40,000 nucleotides of DNA, taken from NCBI GenBank assembly GCA_963791255.1, contig CAWBSA010000007.1, positions 222,020 through 262,019 of the forward strand. The letters run 5' to 3'. Made by a program: the position numbers and the translations under genes. The stretch is from an uncultured Alphaproteobacteria bacterium (lineage in GTDB: Bacteria > Pseudomonadota > Alphaproteobacteria > Rhizobiales > Methyloligellaceae). Positions 6,496-14,492 of the stretch are shown here, one piece after another. Every line of letters starts with the position of its first letter. Position 1 is the stretch's first letter. The notes below the pieces were generated by a model, which was not told the origin of the DNA, did not search any database, and was given only the letters and a program-made list of their open reading frames with translations.

Positions 6496-6648
6496 ATGGC
6501 AGCCAAGCTCACTACCACCGAAGCCCGCCAGGGAACTGGCCCGCGCGCCATGTTCTATGTCCTGATCGCTTCTCTGACGCTGGCGGTGATCGCCGGGATC
6601 GGGCTCGGCCTCGGCTGGGTCTCGCTTCCGTGGACCGGTACCCCTTGA
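6496..6648 (+). CDS. Small (50 aa) single-TM membrane protein, hypothetical
   Basis: Below the track cutoff. AGGAAGGA lies upstream. Translation is MAAKLTTTEARQGTGPRAMFYVLIASLTLAVIAGIGLGLGWVSLPWTGTP, with high GC3. Confidence 0.55.
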   Translation: MAAKLTTTEARQGTGPRAMFYVLIASLTLAVIAGIGLGLGWVSLPWTGTP

Positions 6649-6700
6649 TCGGAAGCCTCCCCGACCAAATCTAAGGTTAAGGACGAGCTAATGATGGGGA

Positions 6701-7162
6701 TTGTCCATGCGAGGGCGCTTGTCATCCTTGACGTTTGCTTTGGCCGTTGCGGCTGTTCTCGGCGCTCTCGCCCTTGGTGGGGCAGCTCCAGCGTCGGCTC
6801 AGCCTGTTGAACCGCAACAAAATTCCCTTCAAGACGCGGTCGACGGCTTTGTTGCCTACCTGAAATCTGAGACCTACGATGCAGCGGCCGCGGCTGGTAA
6901 GGTCGTGCGCGACAACAAGGACACGATCGAGCAGGCGGCTATCGGGTCGCAGCTCGCCGATCTTCGCGCCGCGTTAAGCGACCAGAAAGCGTCAGCGGAG
7001 ACAGTTGCGCGCGACGCCGCAAAGAGGTTTGAGGCATGGAGCAAGTCGGCAGGGCCGGCATGGACGGACGCCGAGCGCGTTGCTCAAAACATGCTCGACC
7101 GCTTCGCCGCCTGGATGCGCAGCCAATCTCCGCCGGAAGAAAGCTCCGAGACCCCAGTTTGA
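6701..7162 (+). CDS. Secreted hypothetical protein with a signal peptide (start TTG 6701 or ATG 6707)
   Basis: RGRLSSLTFALAVAAVLGALALGGAAPASA-QP looks like a Sec signal. The mature part is predicted helical and Ala/Asp/Lys-rich. Confidence 0.65.
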   Translation: MSMRGRLSSLTFALAVAAVLGALALGGAAPASAQPVEPQQNSLQDAVDGFVAYLKSETYDAAAAAGKVVRDNKDTIEQAAIGSQLADLRAALSDQKASAETVARDAAKRFEAWSKSAGPAWTDAERVAQNMLDRFAAWMRSQSPPEESSETPV

Positions 7163-7203
7163 TCGCGTACCCCCCCGTTTGATCCTGTTCAGTGAGGCGA
7201 GAC

Positions 7204-7707
7204 ATGCAAGACAACAATCCTTCCCAATTCGGCAGCCAACCGACGCCAAATTCCAATGAGCCAAATCAGGGCGACAAGGAATGGGCTGACTTACAGCGCG
7301 ACCTCGACGTCTTGGGCCGGCAGCTTGCCGAGCTCACCACGCACACCGCGCAGCTGGGCGAGACGTTCCTCACGAACCTGCAGGCACGTTTTCGCGACGT
7401 GCAGGACCGCGCCGCAACCTATCGGCGGACGACCGAGCAGCAATTCGATGAGTTGCGCGAGACGGCGACGAACCAAGCCGACACCACCTTCAGCGACATG
7501 CGGACACGCTCGAGCGAGGCCGCCAAGCAGGTGTGGGAGCGGTCAGAGCCACTGCGCCAGGGCGCCCGCGACGTCGGCGAAGGCGTGGTCCGCGCCTGGT
7601 CCGAGATCCGCGCCTCGCTCGGCAAGGCCGCCGGCCGGCTCAACGAGCAGACGACGGCGAACGGGCCCACGACGACCCAGAACGACGACCGCCGCGAGAC
7701 GAACTAG
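7204..7707 (+). CDS. Hypothetical hydrophilic, coiled-coil-like protein (167 aa)
   Basis: ATG at 7204 follows GAGG. Q/T/R/E-rich helical sequence with no recognised family. Confidence 0.65.
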   Translation: MQDNNPSQFGSQPTPNSNEPNQGDKEWADLQRDLDVLGRQLAELTTHTAQLGETFLTNLQARFRDVQDRAATYRRTTEQQFDELRETATNQADTTFSDMRTRSSEAAKQVWERSEPLRQGARDVGEGVVRAWSEIRASLGKAAGRLNEQTTANGPTTTQNDDRRETN

Positions 7708-7725
7708 TTCGTTCTAGATTGCGTG

Positions 7726-7749
7726 ATGGCCCGGGCTTGTCCCGGCCAT
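7726..7749. repeat. REP-like hairpin between convergent genes (ATGGCCCGGG-CTTGT-CCCGGCCAT)
   Basis: 9-bp stem with one bulged C. Same sequence family as 20086-20113 and 36178-36199. Confidence 0.4.
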
Positions 7750-7755
7750 TCACAC

Positions 7756-9609
7756 TCAGCGTGAGGCCGTCGCATCGGCGGGCTCGCGGTTGCTGTGCTG
7801 CTGCTCGGGACCGATCAGCTCGGCGCGAACCAGCCCGCGCACCGAGTTCCCCAAATAGATGCGCTCGGCGCCGAGCAAATCCTGCGGCGTGAGCACCGCT
7901 TCGCTCGCCGCGGCGCGCGGTAGGTCGAGCAGCTCCTCGCGCAGCGTGCCGGGCAACAGTCCGCAGGTCAGAGCCGGCGTGAACAGCCGCCCGTCAAGCT
8001 CCACGAACAGATTGGTGCGGGTGCCTTCGGTCAGCTCGCCCTTCTTGTTGAGGAACACCACCTCGTCGCAACCGGTCAGAGCCTTCTGCCGCTCCATCTC
8101 GCGGTCGTAGAACTGCCGCCGCGTGGTCTTGTGATAGAAGAACAGGTCCTTCTCATCGAGACGCTGATCGGAGATCACGAAGCGCCACACCGTCGTCTTG
8201 GTCGGCAGCTCGATCGCGGTGGAGGTGACGGTGATAGTGCCGTCCTCGGCGAGCAGGAGCCGCAGCATGGCGACCGGCGCCTCGACCAGAGCGGCCTCGC
8301 GGTCGAGCGCTTGCAGCACCGCCTCGCGCGAAAACGGATAGCCGAAATAGGCGGCTGAGGATTGCAGCCGCGCGAGGTGCCGCTCGAGCAGATGGAAGCC
8401 GGCGCCGCGCTCGTAGCGGATGGTCTCGATCAGGGCGAACGGCGCGTCGGGCCGGGTCAGGAACTGGGCCTTCAGCAGGCACTCCTCGAACTCCGAATCG
8501 GCCTTTGAATCGGCGACGATGCCGCTGCCGATGCCCATCTCGCCACCCTTAGCATCGAGCACGACGGTGCGGATGGCGACGTTGAACTGGGCATCGCCGG
8601 ACGGCGTGATATGACCGATGGCACCGGTATAGACGCCGCGCGGCGCCGCCTCGAGCTCGCGGATGATCTCCATGGCGCGGACCTTGGGCGCGCCGGTGAC
8701 CGAGCCGCACGGGAATAGCGCGCGAAGCATGTCCTTGAGCCCCATGTCTGACCTGAGCTCGGCGGAGATGCCAGAGGTCATCTGATGCACCGAGCGGTAG
8801 GTCTCGACGGTGAACAGATCGGTGACCTCGACCGAGCCGATCTTGGACACGCGGCCGAGATCGTTGCGCAAGAGATCGACGATCATCAGATTCTCGGCGC
8901 GCTGCTTCTCGTCCATGGCGAGCCAGGTCTTGAGCCGCGCATCCTCGCGCGGGGTACGGCCGCGCGGCGCCGTGCCCTTCATCGGCCGGGTCGACATATG
9001 CTTGCCCTCGCGGCGGAAGAACAGCTCGGGCGACAGCGACAGAATGTTGAAGCCGGGCGCGCCGATCAGAGCGCCATAGGCGACGCGCTGCTTGCGCCTA
9101 AGCGCGGCATAGAGCCCGATGGGATCGCCCTCGAAGGCGAAGTGATACTTCAGCGTGAGGTTGATCTGGTACACGTCGCCGGCGGCGATGTAGTCCTCGA
9201 CCTTGTCGAACGCCGCGCTGTATTGCTCGCGCGTCCAGGACAGCGTCAGGGCCGAGATCTTGGCGCGCTCGGTGCCGCCATTCTTGTCGAGCCAGGCGCG
9301 GGTGAGCGCATCGTCGAGCGCGCGCGGGGCGCCAAACAGCCCGATCCAGAACAGCGGCATGCGCCGAGCCGCCGGAAGCAGGCTCCTGAGCTTGGGTTCG
9401 AGACAATAGCCAAGCTCGTAGGAGAAGAAACCAGCGGCGTGCAGCCCTCGCGCCAGGCCGGCCGACACCTGATCGAGCGCACCCTCGACCTCATCCGGCG
9501 TGTTGGCGAACACCACACGCTCGGGCTCGGCATAGAGCAGGCTCCTGCCGCCAGGGGTCAGGCTGTCGTCGAGCAGAACATAGGGGGAAGCGGTCATCTC
9601 AAGAGCCAA
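7756..9609 (-). CDS. pabB: Fused aminodeoxychorismate synthase component I (PabB) and class-IV aminotransferase / ADC lyase-like (PabC) domain
   Basis: 617 aa. The N-terminal ~400 aa carry chorismate-binding motifs (SPELFF, PMKGT, ENLMIVDLLRND, FPCGSVTGAPK, GVYTGAIG). The C-terminal ~200 aa are class IV fold-like (HKTTRR, FLNKKGELTEGT, GTLRE). Confidence 0.85.
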   Translation of the reverse strand: MALEMTASPYVLLDDSLTPGGRSLLYAEPERVVFANTPDEVEGALDQVSAGLARGLHAAGFFSYELGYCLEPKLRSLLPAARRMPLFWIGLFGAPRALDDALTRAWLDKNGGTERAKISALTLSWTREQYSAAFDKVEDYIAAGDVYQINLTLKYHFAFEGDPIGLYAALRRKQRVAYGALIGAPGFNILSLSPELFFRREGKHMSTRPMKGTAPRGRTPREDARLKTWLAMDEKQRAENLMIVDLLRNDLGRVSKIGSVEVTDLFTVETYRSVHQMTSGISAELRSDMGLKDMLRALFPCGSVTGAPKVRAMEIIRELEAAPRGVYTGAIGHITPSGDAQFNVAIRTVVLDAKGGEMGIGSGIVADSKADSEFEECLLKAQFLTRPDAPFALIETIRYERGAGFHLLERHLARLQSSAAYFGYPFSREAVLQALDREAALVEAPVAMLRLLLAEDGTITVTSTAIELPTKTTVWRFVISDQRLDEKDLFFYHKTTRRQFYDREMERQKALTGCDEVVFLNKKGELTEGTRTNLFVELDGRLFTPALTCGLLPGTLREELLDLPRAAASEAVLTPQDLLGAERIYLGNSVRGLVRAELIGPEQQHSNREPADATASR

Positions 9610-9677
9610 TCAGCGGCATCCGCTTGGGACCAGAGCATAGCCCATATGGGGGGGCGTGAGGCGCGCACAACGAGGGC

Positions 9678-10481
9678 CTAGGCGACGATCAGCATCTCGC
9701 CCTTGCCGAGCACCGACATGTCGCCCATCAGCCGGCGCGCACGGCCGCCGAGGCTGATCGCCCTGCCGGTCTCGCGCAGCCAATGCTCCAGCACTCGGAG
9801 ATAGTCGAACTCCATCACGCCGCAATCGCCGAAAGTGGGCAGCAGCTCCTTGGGCTCGTCGAGCAGGATCAAGCTGCCGCGGCGAAGACCGTAGCCGGCG
9901 AAGCGGCCGACGCGATGCTTGACGAGGATGGTGCCGGCGACCATGCGGCCGCCGGCATAGTCGCCTGCGTCGCCGTGCACGATCACGAGGCCCCTGCGCA
10001 TGCGCTCGCCAAGCATCGGGCCGGCATTGCCGCCGATGGTGAGAAGGCCGCCCTTCATGCCGAGCGTCTCGCCGACGAGGATGCCACCGGCGCGCTCACC
10101 GGCGTCGCCGTCGATGGCGATGGCGCCGCCCTTCATGCTCGCAGCCGCCAGAACGCCGGCGTTGCCTTTGACCTCGATCTTGCCGCCCTTCATGCCGGCG
10201 CCGAGATAGGCGCCGGCGTCGCCCTCGACCACGATCTCGCCTTCAGTCAGCCCGCCGCCAATCTTGTCGCAGCGTCCGTCGGTGCCGGCGAATCTCAACG
10301 TCGCCGCGTCCTTGCCCTTCACCTTGAACACGTCGCCGACGGTGAGCTGATGGCGCGTCGTGCCGACCACGAGCGCCTCGATCTCCTTCGCCTTCAGGTC
10401 CTTGAGCCGCGCCGGCGTAAGCGGCGACAGGTCGAGACGCTGGTCCGGCGCCTGCTTGAGCTCGAAGAGGAGCGCGCTCAC
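9678..10481 (-). CDS. fhcC: Formyltransferase/hydrolase complex subunit C (formylmethanofuran dehydrogenase subunit C-like)
   Basis: Beta-helix repeats (GDAGAYLGAGMKGGKIEVKGNAG..., GDAGERAGG, GDAGDYAGGRM). GTG at 10481 overlaps the fhcD stop (GTGA). The track ORF to 10709 is an over-extension. Confidence 0.85.
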   Translation of the reverse strand: MSALLFELKQAPDQRLDLSPLTPARLKDLKAKEIEALVVGTTRHQLTVGDVFKVKGKDAATLRFAGTDGRCDKIGGGLTEGEIVVEGDAGAYLGAGMKGGKIEVKGNAGVLAAASMKGGAIAIDGDAGERAGGILVGETLGMKGGLLTIGGNAGPMLGERMRRGLVIVHGDAGDYAGGRMVAGTILVKHRVGRFAGYGLRRGSLILLDEPKELLPTFGDCGVMEFDYLRVLEHWLRETGRAISLGGRARRLMGDMSVLGKGEMLIVA

Positions 10482-11425
10482 GCGATGATCTCCTTGAGGT
10501 GGAAATGATGGGGCCCGAGATTGCCGCCGTAATTGCCGGCGGTGATATGGGTGACGCCCTGCTCGGCGCCGCCTTCGGCGATGGCGTGGATGCCGACACG
10601 CATCGCCTTGGCGATCGACTCTTTGGTCAGACCGTCGATCACGATCTCCAGCACCGCCTCGACATAGAGCGGCAGTTCGGTCTTCACGGCGGCTTTCAGC
10701 GTCGGGCAATAGGCGTCGTTGGTCGAGGCGATCTGGCCCTTATATTTCGAGCCGACCTTGGAGCCCGAGCGGACGATGCCGCCGGGGAACGGGGTGATGA
10801 CCTCCGGCACATCGTCCATGGCGCGGACCGCGCGCTCGCAGGCCGCGAGCACGGCAGCGTGCGACTTGCCGAGCACGAGCAGATTGCCGCCGCCGACAGC
10901 CTTCTTGGTCAGCCCGGTCTTCTCCTCGCAGACGAACTCGCCGTCCATCACCGGGATGCGCCAGAATCTCCGCCCGCCGACCTTCTTAGATACCTGCCAG
11001 CCGTCGCCGAAGAATCTGAGCGAGGAGCCGAGCTTCAAGCTCTTCTCCCCTTTCAGCCCGGCGAAGCAGGCCGAGCCGGGGCTCGTCAGCACGCATTGGC
11101 CGACGCGATTGCGCAGCTGAGTCTGGAGCTTGTTCACGTCCATGGTGAACAGCAGCACGGCCACGCCGGGTCGCCCGTCCATCGTCTCGTCGGGGGTCAA
11201 GGTGCGCTCGATGCCGGCCTCGGCGCCGCAGGCGATCACCGAGGTGGCGAAGCCGGTCATGGTGCGCGCGGAGATCAGGGCCCAGTCGAGCGTCGGCGCG
11301 GTGATGATGATCCGCGTGCCGACCATGGGGAAGGCCTCGGCGAAGGTCTCGACGATGGTGACGCCTTTGACGTTGAGATTGGACATGGGCTGCCCGACCT
11401 TCTTCCCCTTTTGCGTAGCCGCCAT
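10478..11425 (-). CDS. fhcD: Formylmethanofuran:H4MPT formyltransferase (Fhc subunit D)
   Basis: Ftr-family motifs include TFAEAFPM, TGFATSVI, DGRPG, FFGDGWQ, IPVMDGEF, FPGGIVRSGSKVGSKY, ASTNDAYCPTL and ITAGNYGG. Alternative start is ATG 11386. Confidence 0.9.
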   Translation of the reverse strand: MAATQKGKKVGQPMSNLNVKGVTIVETFAEAFPMVGTRIIITAPTLDWALISARTMTGFATSVIACGAEAGIERTLTPDETMDGRPGVAVLLFTMDVNKLQTQLRNRVGQCVLTSPGSACFAGLKGEKSLKLGSSLRFFGDGWQVSKKVGGRRFWRIPVMDGEFVCEEKTGLTKKAVGGGNLLVLGKSHAAVLAACERAVRAMDDVPEVITPFPGGIVRSGSKVGSKYKGQIASTNDAYCPTLKAAVKTELPLYVEAVLEIVIDGLTKESIAKAMRVGIHAIAEGGAEQGVTHITAGNYGGNLGPHHFHLKEIIA

Positions 11426-11638
11426 AGCGGCGCACCATTAAACAGGTGCCCCAAGCCGCGCAAGCGGGGCATGTGGCCACCCCTCGATCTTCCGCCCACG
11501 GCCGTTTTTCGGGGCTGCCGGGGTCGCACCAAGATGAACGGCAGCTAAATGGGCGGTTCCGGCACGGTTCAGGGGCTCCCCAATAGGTAGAGTCTCCATC
11601 ATCGCTATTGGCGATAGACCGAAAAGGAGGGTTCCCCC

Positions 11639-11875
11639 ATGAAGCGCATCACTCTGATAGGTTTCGCAATTGTCGGCCTCGGGCTTGCGTTTGCGCCGCT
11701 GACGGCCTCGGCAGCGTCCCTCAACAAATTCGACGCCGTCATGCTCAACCCCCAGCCGCTGCCCCCCAAAGAGAAGGTGGCCTACCTGTCGCACGGCGAC
11801 GAGGTCATGCTGAACCCGCAGCCGCTGCCGCCGAAAATCTTCAAGCAGCACCGCCAGATCAAGTCCAAGTTCTAG
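11639..11875 (+). CDS. Small secreted protein (78 aa) with a duplicated D-x-VMLNPQPLPPK motif
   Basis: AAGGAGGG SD. Signal peptide MKRITLIGFAIVGLGLAFAPLTASA. The two repeat units differ at synonymous codon positions. Confidence 0.7.
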   Translation: MKRITLIGFAIVGLGLAFAPLTASAASLNKFDAVMLNPQPLPPKEKVAYLSHGDEVMLNPQPLPPKIFKQHRQIKSKF

Positions 11876-11946
11876 GACTGCTCATCCAAAAGCCGGGAGC
11901 GGGCGAAAGCCAGGCTTCCGGCTTTGGCTTGTCGTGGGTCGGGAGA

Positions 11947-12333
11947 TCAGCCCTTGGGCTTGTCGTATTTGATATAGGCGAAGCGCATGTCCTCGGCGGG
12001 GGTGCCTTCGAGCGCGCCTTCTTCCTTGCCGGGCTGCCAATGGACCACGTCCTCGATCTTCTTGGCGAGCTCGAAATCCTTGTCGGTGATGCCCTTGGCG
12101 GCGTGGTTCTTGAGCCTGATCTCGACCCAGGCATAGGACGCGGTGATATCGGGATGGTGCCAGGCGGCCTCCGCCAGATGGCCGACGGTGTTGATCACCA
12201 TCAGCGTCCCCTTCCAGCTATTGGTGCGGTAGCGGCGCCTGATCCAGCCGTCCTCGAGATACCAATGGGGCAGCTCGCTCTTGAGCCGCTCTTCGACCTC
12301 AGCGTCGCTATAGGTGCGCTCCGGCGTTGCCAT
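11947..12333 (-). CDS. Pterin-4a-carbinolamine dehydratase (PCD/DCoH)-like protein with a C-terminal extension
   Basis: 128 aa from ATG 12333. PHWYLEDGWIRRRY..., GHLAEAAWHHPDI and VEIRLKNHAAKGITDKD match the PCD fold signature. The track ORF to 12513 is an over-extension. Confidence 0.8.
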   Translation of the reverse strand: MATPERTYSDAEVEERLKSELPHWYLEDGWIRRRYRTNSWKGTLMVINTVGHLAEAAWHHPDITASYAWVEIRLKNHAAKGITDKDFELAKKIEDVVHWQPGKEEGALEGTPAEDMRFAYIKYDKPKG

Positions 12334-12404
12334 CGCATCCGACTTTTGAAACAGTAAGACACTCCCCGCTACCCCGACCATATCGAGAGGCTTGCGCCCG
12401 ATCA

Positions 12405-13415
12405 ATGGAGGCCTATCCCCCGCCAGCAAAAGGCGCAGGCGAAGCTCGCCTTCCATCGCACCAGGCGACGGTAACCACCACGGCGCGCCTGCATCTTGGC
12501 TTTCTCGATCCAAGCGGGCGGGGCACGCGGCCGTTCGGCTCGTTCGGGTTGTCGCTCGACCGGCCGGGCACGCGGTTGACGCTGCGACGCGCCGAGGCCC
12601 CCGAAGTCTCAGGCCCCGAGAGCGAGCGAGCGCTTCGCTACCTCACCGCCATCGCCAAGAGCTTCCGCTTTCCCAAGGCCTATGCGCTTAACGTCGAGGA
12701 GGCGATCCCGCCCCATGCCGGGCTCGGCTCGGGCACGCAGCTTGCGCTGGCGGTCGGCTCGGCCTTCGCCGCGCTTGGCGGCCTCCGCCTCGACGCGCAG
12801 GACGTCGCCGCGCGACTCGGCCGCGGCGCGCGCTCCGGCATCGGCATCGCTACCTTCGCGTTGGGGGGCGCCGTGCTCGACGGCGGCCCGCGCCCCGACG
12901 CGCCGCCGCAACTCGTCAGCCGGCTCCCCTTCCCGTCAGCCTGGCGCGTGCTACTGATTCTCGATCCAGGCGCGCAAGGTCTTGCCGGAGCGGGCGAAAC
13001 CGCCGCCTTCGACCAGCTTCCCGATTTCCCCGAAAGCGAGACCGCGGAGCTTCGCCGGCGCATCCTGCAGGGCGCGCTCCCGGCCCTTGCCGCTTGCGAC
13101 TTCGCCGGGTTCTGCGCGCAGGTCGGCTATCTCCAGGCGGTCATGGGCCGCTATTTCGGCCCGCTGCAAGGCGGGGCCTATACCAGCCCAGCCGTCGGTG
13201 CGGTGCTCGAATGGCTGCGCGGCCAGGGTCTGACCGGGATCGGCCAAAGCTCGTGGGGACCGACCGGCTTTGCCTTCGTCCCCTCGCAAGCTTCCGGCGA
13301 GGCGCTGCTCGGCGAGGTCACCGCCCGTGGCCACGATACGGGCCTCGGCTTCGAGCTCGCGCAGGGGCGGAACGAAGGCGCGATCATCGAGACGAGCCAG
13401 GTCGAAATTCGCTAA
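12405..13415 (+). CDS. mptG: Beta-ribofuranosylaminobenzene 5'-phosphate (RFAP) synthase, GHMP-kinase fold
   Basis: TTTARLHLGFLD, and PPHAGLGSGTQLALAVG as the GHMP motif. Position next to mtdB matches the M. extorquens island order as I recall it. Start ATG 12405 is preferred over the track's 12327. Confidence 0.85.
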   Translation: MEAYPPPAKGAGEARLPSHQATVTTTARLHLGFLDPSGRGTRPFGSFGLSLDRPGTRLTLRRAEAPEVSGPESERALRYLTAIAKSFRFPKAYALNVEEAIPPHAGLGSGTQLALAVGSAFAALGGLRLDAQDVAARLGRGARSGIGIATFALGGAVLDGGPRPDAPPQLVSRLPFPSAWRVLLILDPGAQGLAGAGETAAFDQLPDFPESETAELRRRILQGALPALAACDFAGFCAQVGYLQAVMGRYFGPLQGGAYTSPAVGAVLEWLRGQGLTGIGQSSWGPTGFAFVPSQASGEALLGEVTARGHDTGLGFELAQGRNEGAIIETSQVEIR

Positions 13416-13424
13416 CGCAGCCCG

Positions 13425-13528
13425 CAGAGCGAAATCCCTTGAGGTTGAACCATGATTTCTCGCTAGCTTTTTGTTTGAGCGTGATCTTTTCGGAAAACCG
13501 GTTCCCACTTTTCCGGATCATGCTCTAG
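13425..13528. repeat. MITE-like interspersed repeat, copy B (inverted relative to copy A at 6315-6420)
   Basis: See copy A. Lies in the mptG-mtdB intergenic region, 10 nt after the mptG stop. Confidence 0.8.
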
Positions 13529-13582
13529 AGACTTTCCGCCGGCCTCCGGTGTGGTAAAGCGAGGCCGCCACAAAGCAGGGAG

Positions 13583-14492
13583 ATGCCTACGTCCATGCCG
13601 AACCCCCGGATTCTGCATATGCTCACGCCGCTCAAGCATATGAGCCCGTTCGACGTGAATATGGGCCTCGATGCGGGCTTCGATCACGCGATCCCTTACA
13701 CCAACGTCACCATCGACGATGTCTACGGCCTGGTGCAGGACGCGATCTTCTCGCGTGGCCCTGAAGGCATCAAGCGCACCGCCATGTTCATCGGCGGCAA
13801 GCGCGCCATCGAGGCGCTCGACATGCTGGACCGCGCCAAGAAGGCGATGGTGCCGCCGTTCGAGATCTCGGTGCTGGCCGACCCCGCCGGCTCCTTCACT
13901 ACCGCCGCCGCCATGGTCGCCTGCGCCAAGAAGGCGTTGCGCGAGAAATTCTCGGTAGATCTCACCGGCCTTCGCGTCATGGTGTATGGCGGCACCGGCG
14001 TGGTCGCGTTCGCCTCAGCGGTCATCGCCGTCGGCGATGGCGCCAAGGCGACGCTGGTCGGCTATGACGGGCCTGAGCGCGTCAAGAAGCTCGCGTTTCA
14101 AGCGCATGCGCGCTTCGACGTTGCACTCGACTATGCGGACGGGTCGACCGAGGAGCAGAACACGGCGTTGGCGCACGAGGCCGATATCATCTTCGCGGCG
14201 GGGCCTGCCGGGCGGCGTCTGCTCACCACGCGACCAGCTCAAGGACGCGAAGGAGCTCAGGGTCGCCGCCGATGTCAACGCCGTGCCGCCGTCCGGCGTC
14301 GAGGGCGTCGGCGTCAACGACAACGGCAAAGCCATCCCCGGGACCAACGCGGTCGGTATCGGCGCGCTGGCCATCGGCAACATCAAGTACAAGACCGAGT
14401 TCGGCCTGTTCAAGATGATGATCGACAGCGAGAAGCCGATCTATCTCGATTTCAGGGACGCTTACGCCCTTGCCCAGAAGCTGGTCGGCTGA
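13583..14492 (+). pseudogene. mtdB: NAD(P)-dependent methylene-H4MPT dehydrogenase MtdB with the reading frame broken near 14225-14233 (real frameshift or assembly indel)
   Basis: The N-terminal ~215 codons (ILHMLTPLKHMSPFDVNMGLDAGFD...IIFAAGPAG) are in the frame of 13583. The conserved C-terminus (RDQLKDAKELRVAADVNAVPP...IGALAIGNIKY...LDFRDAYALAQKLVG) is in the frame of the 13986..14492 ORF. High GC3 switches frame at the same point. Confidence 0.7.

Noticed and set aside
8785-9681. 298-aa + strand ORF opposite pabB-pabC
   Set aside because: A shadow ORF. The minus strand carries clear chorismate-binding motifs, and the + frame has no recognisable domain.
9678-10709. 343-aa version of the fhcC ORF
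   Set aside because: The first 76 codons are Arg-rich and overlap fhcD out of frame. The conserved FhcC sequence begins at GTG 10481, which forms a GTGA overlap with the fhcD stop.
10499-11548. 349-aa + strand ORF opposite fhcD
   Set aside because: A shadow ORF antisense to a well-supported Ftr-family gene, with low-complexity G/A/D/R-rich translation.
11537-11560. GGAAC-N15-CGTT on the minus strand upstream of fhcD
   Set aside because: The spacer is 15 nt, outside the 16-17 nt seen in all clear EcfG promoters in this window. There is no reason to expect GSR control of fhc. I treat it as a chance match.
13986-14492. Treating 13583..14509 and 13986..14492 as two independent overlapping genes
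   Set aside because: Each carries only half of a recognisable MtdB, and the non-homologous parts have poor GC3. One interrupted mtdB explains both.
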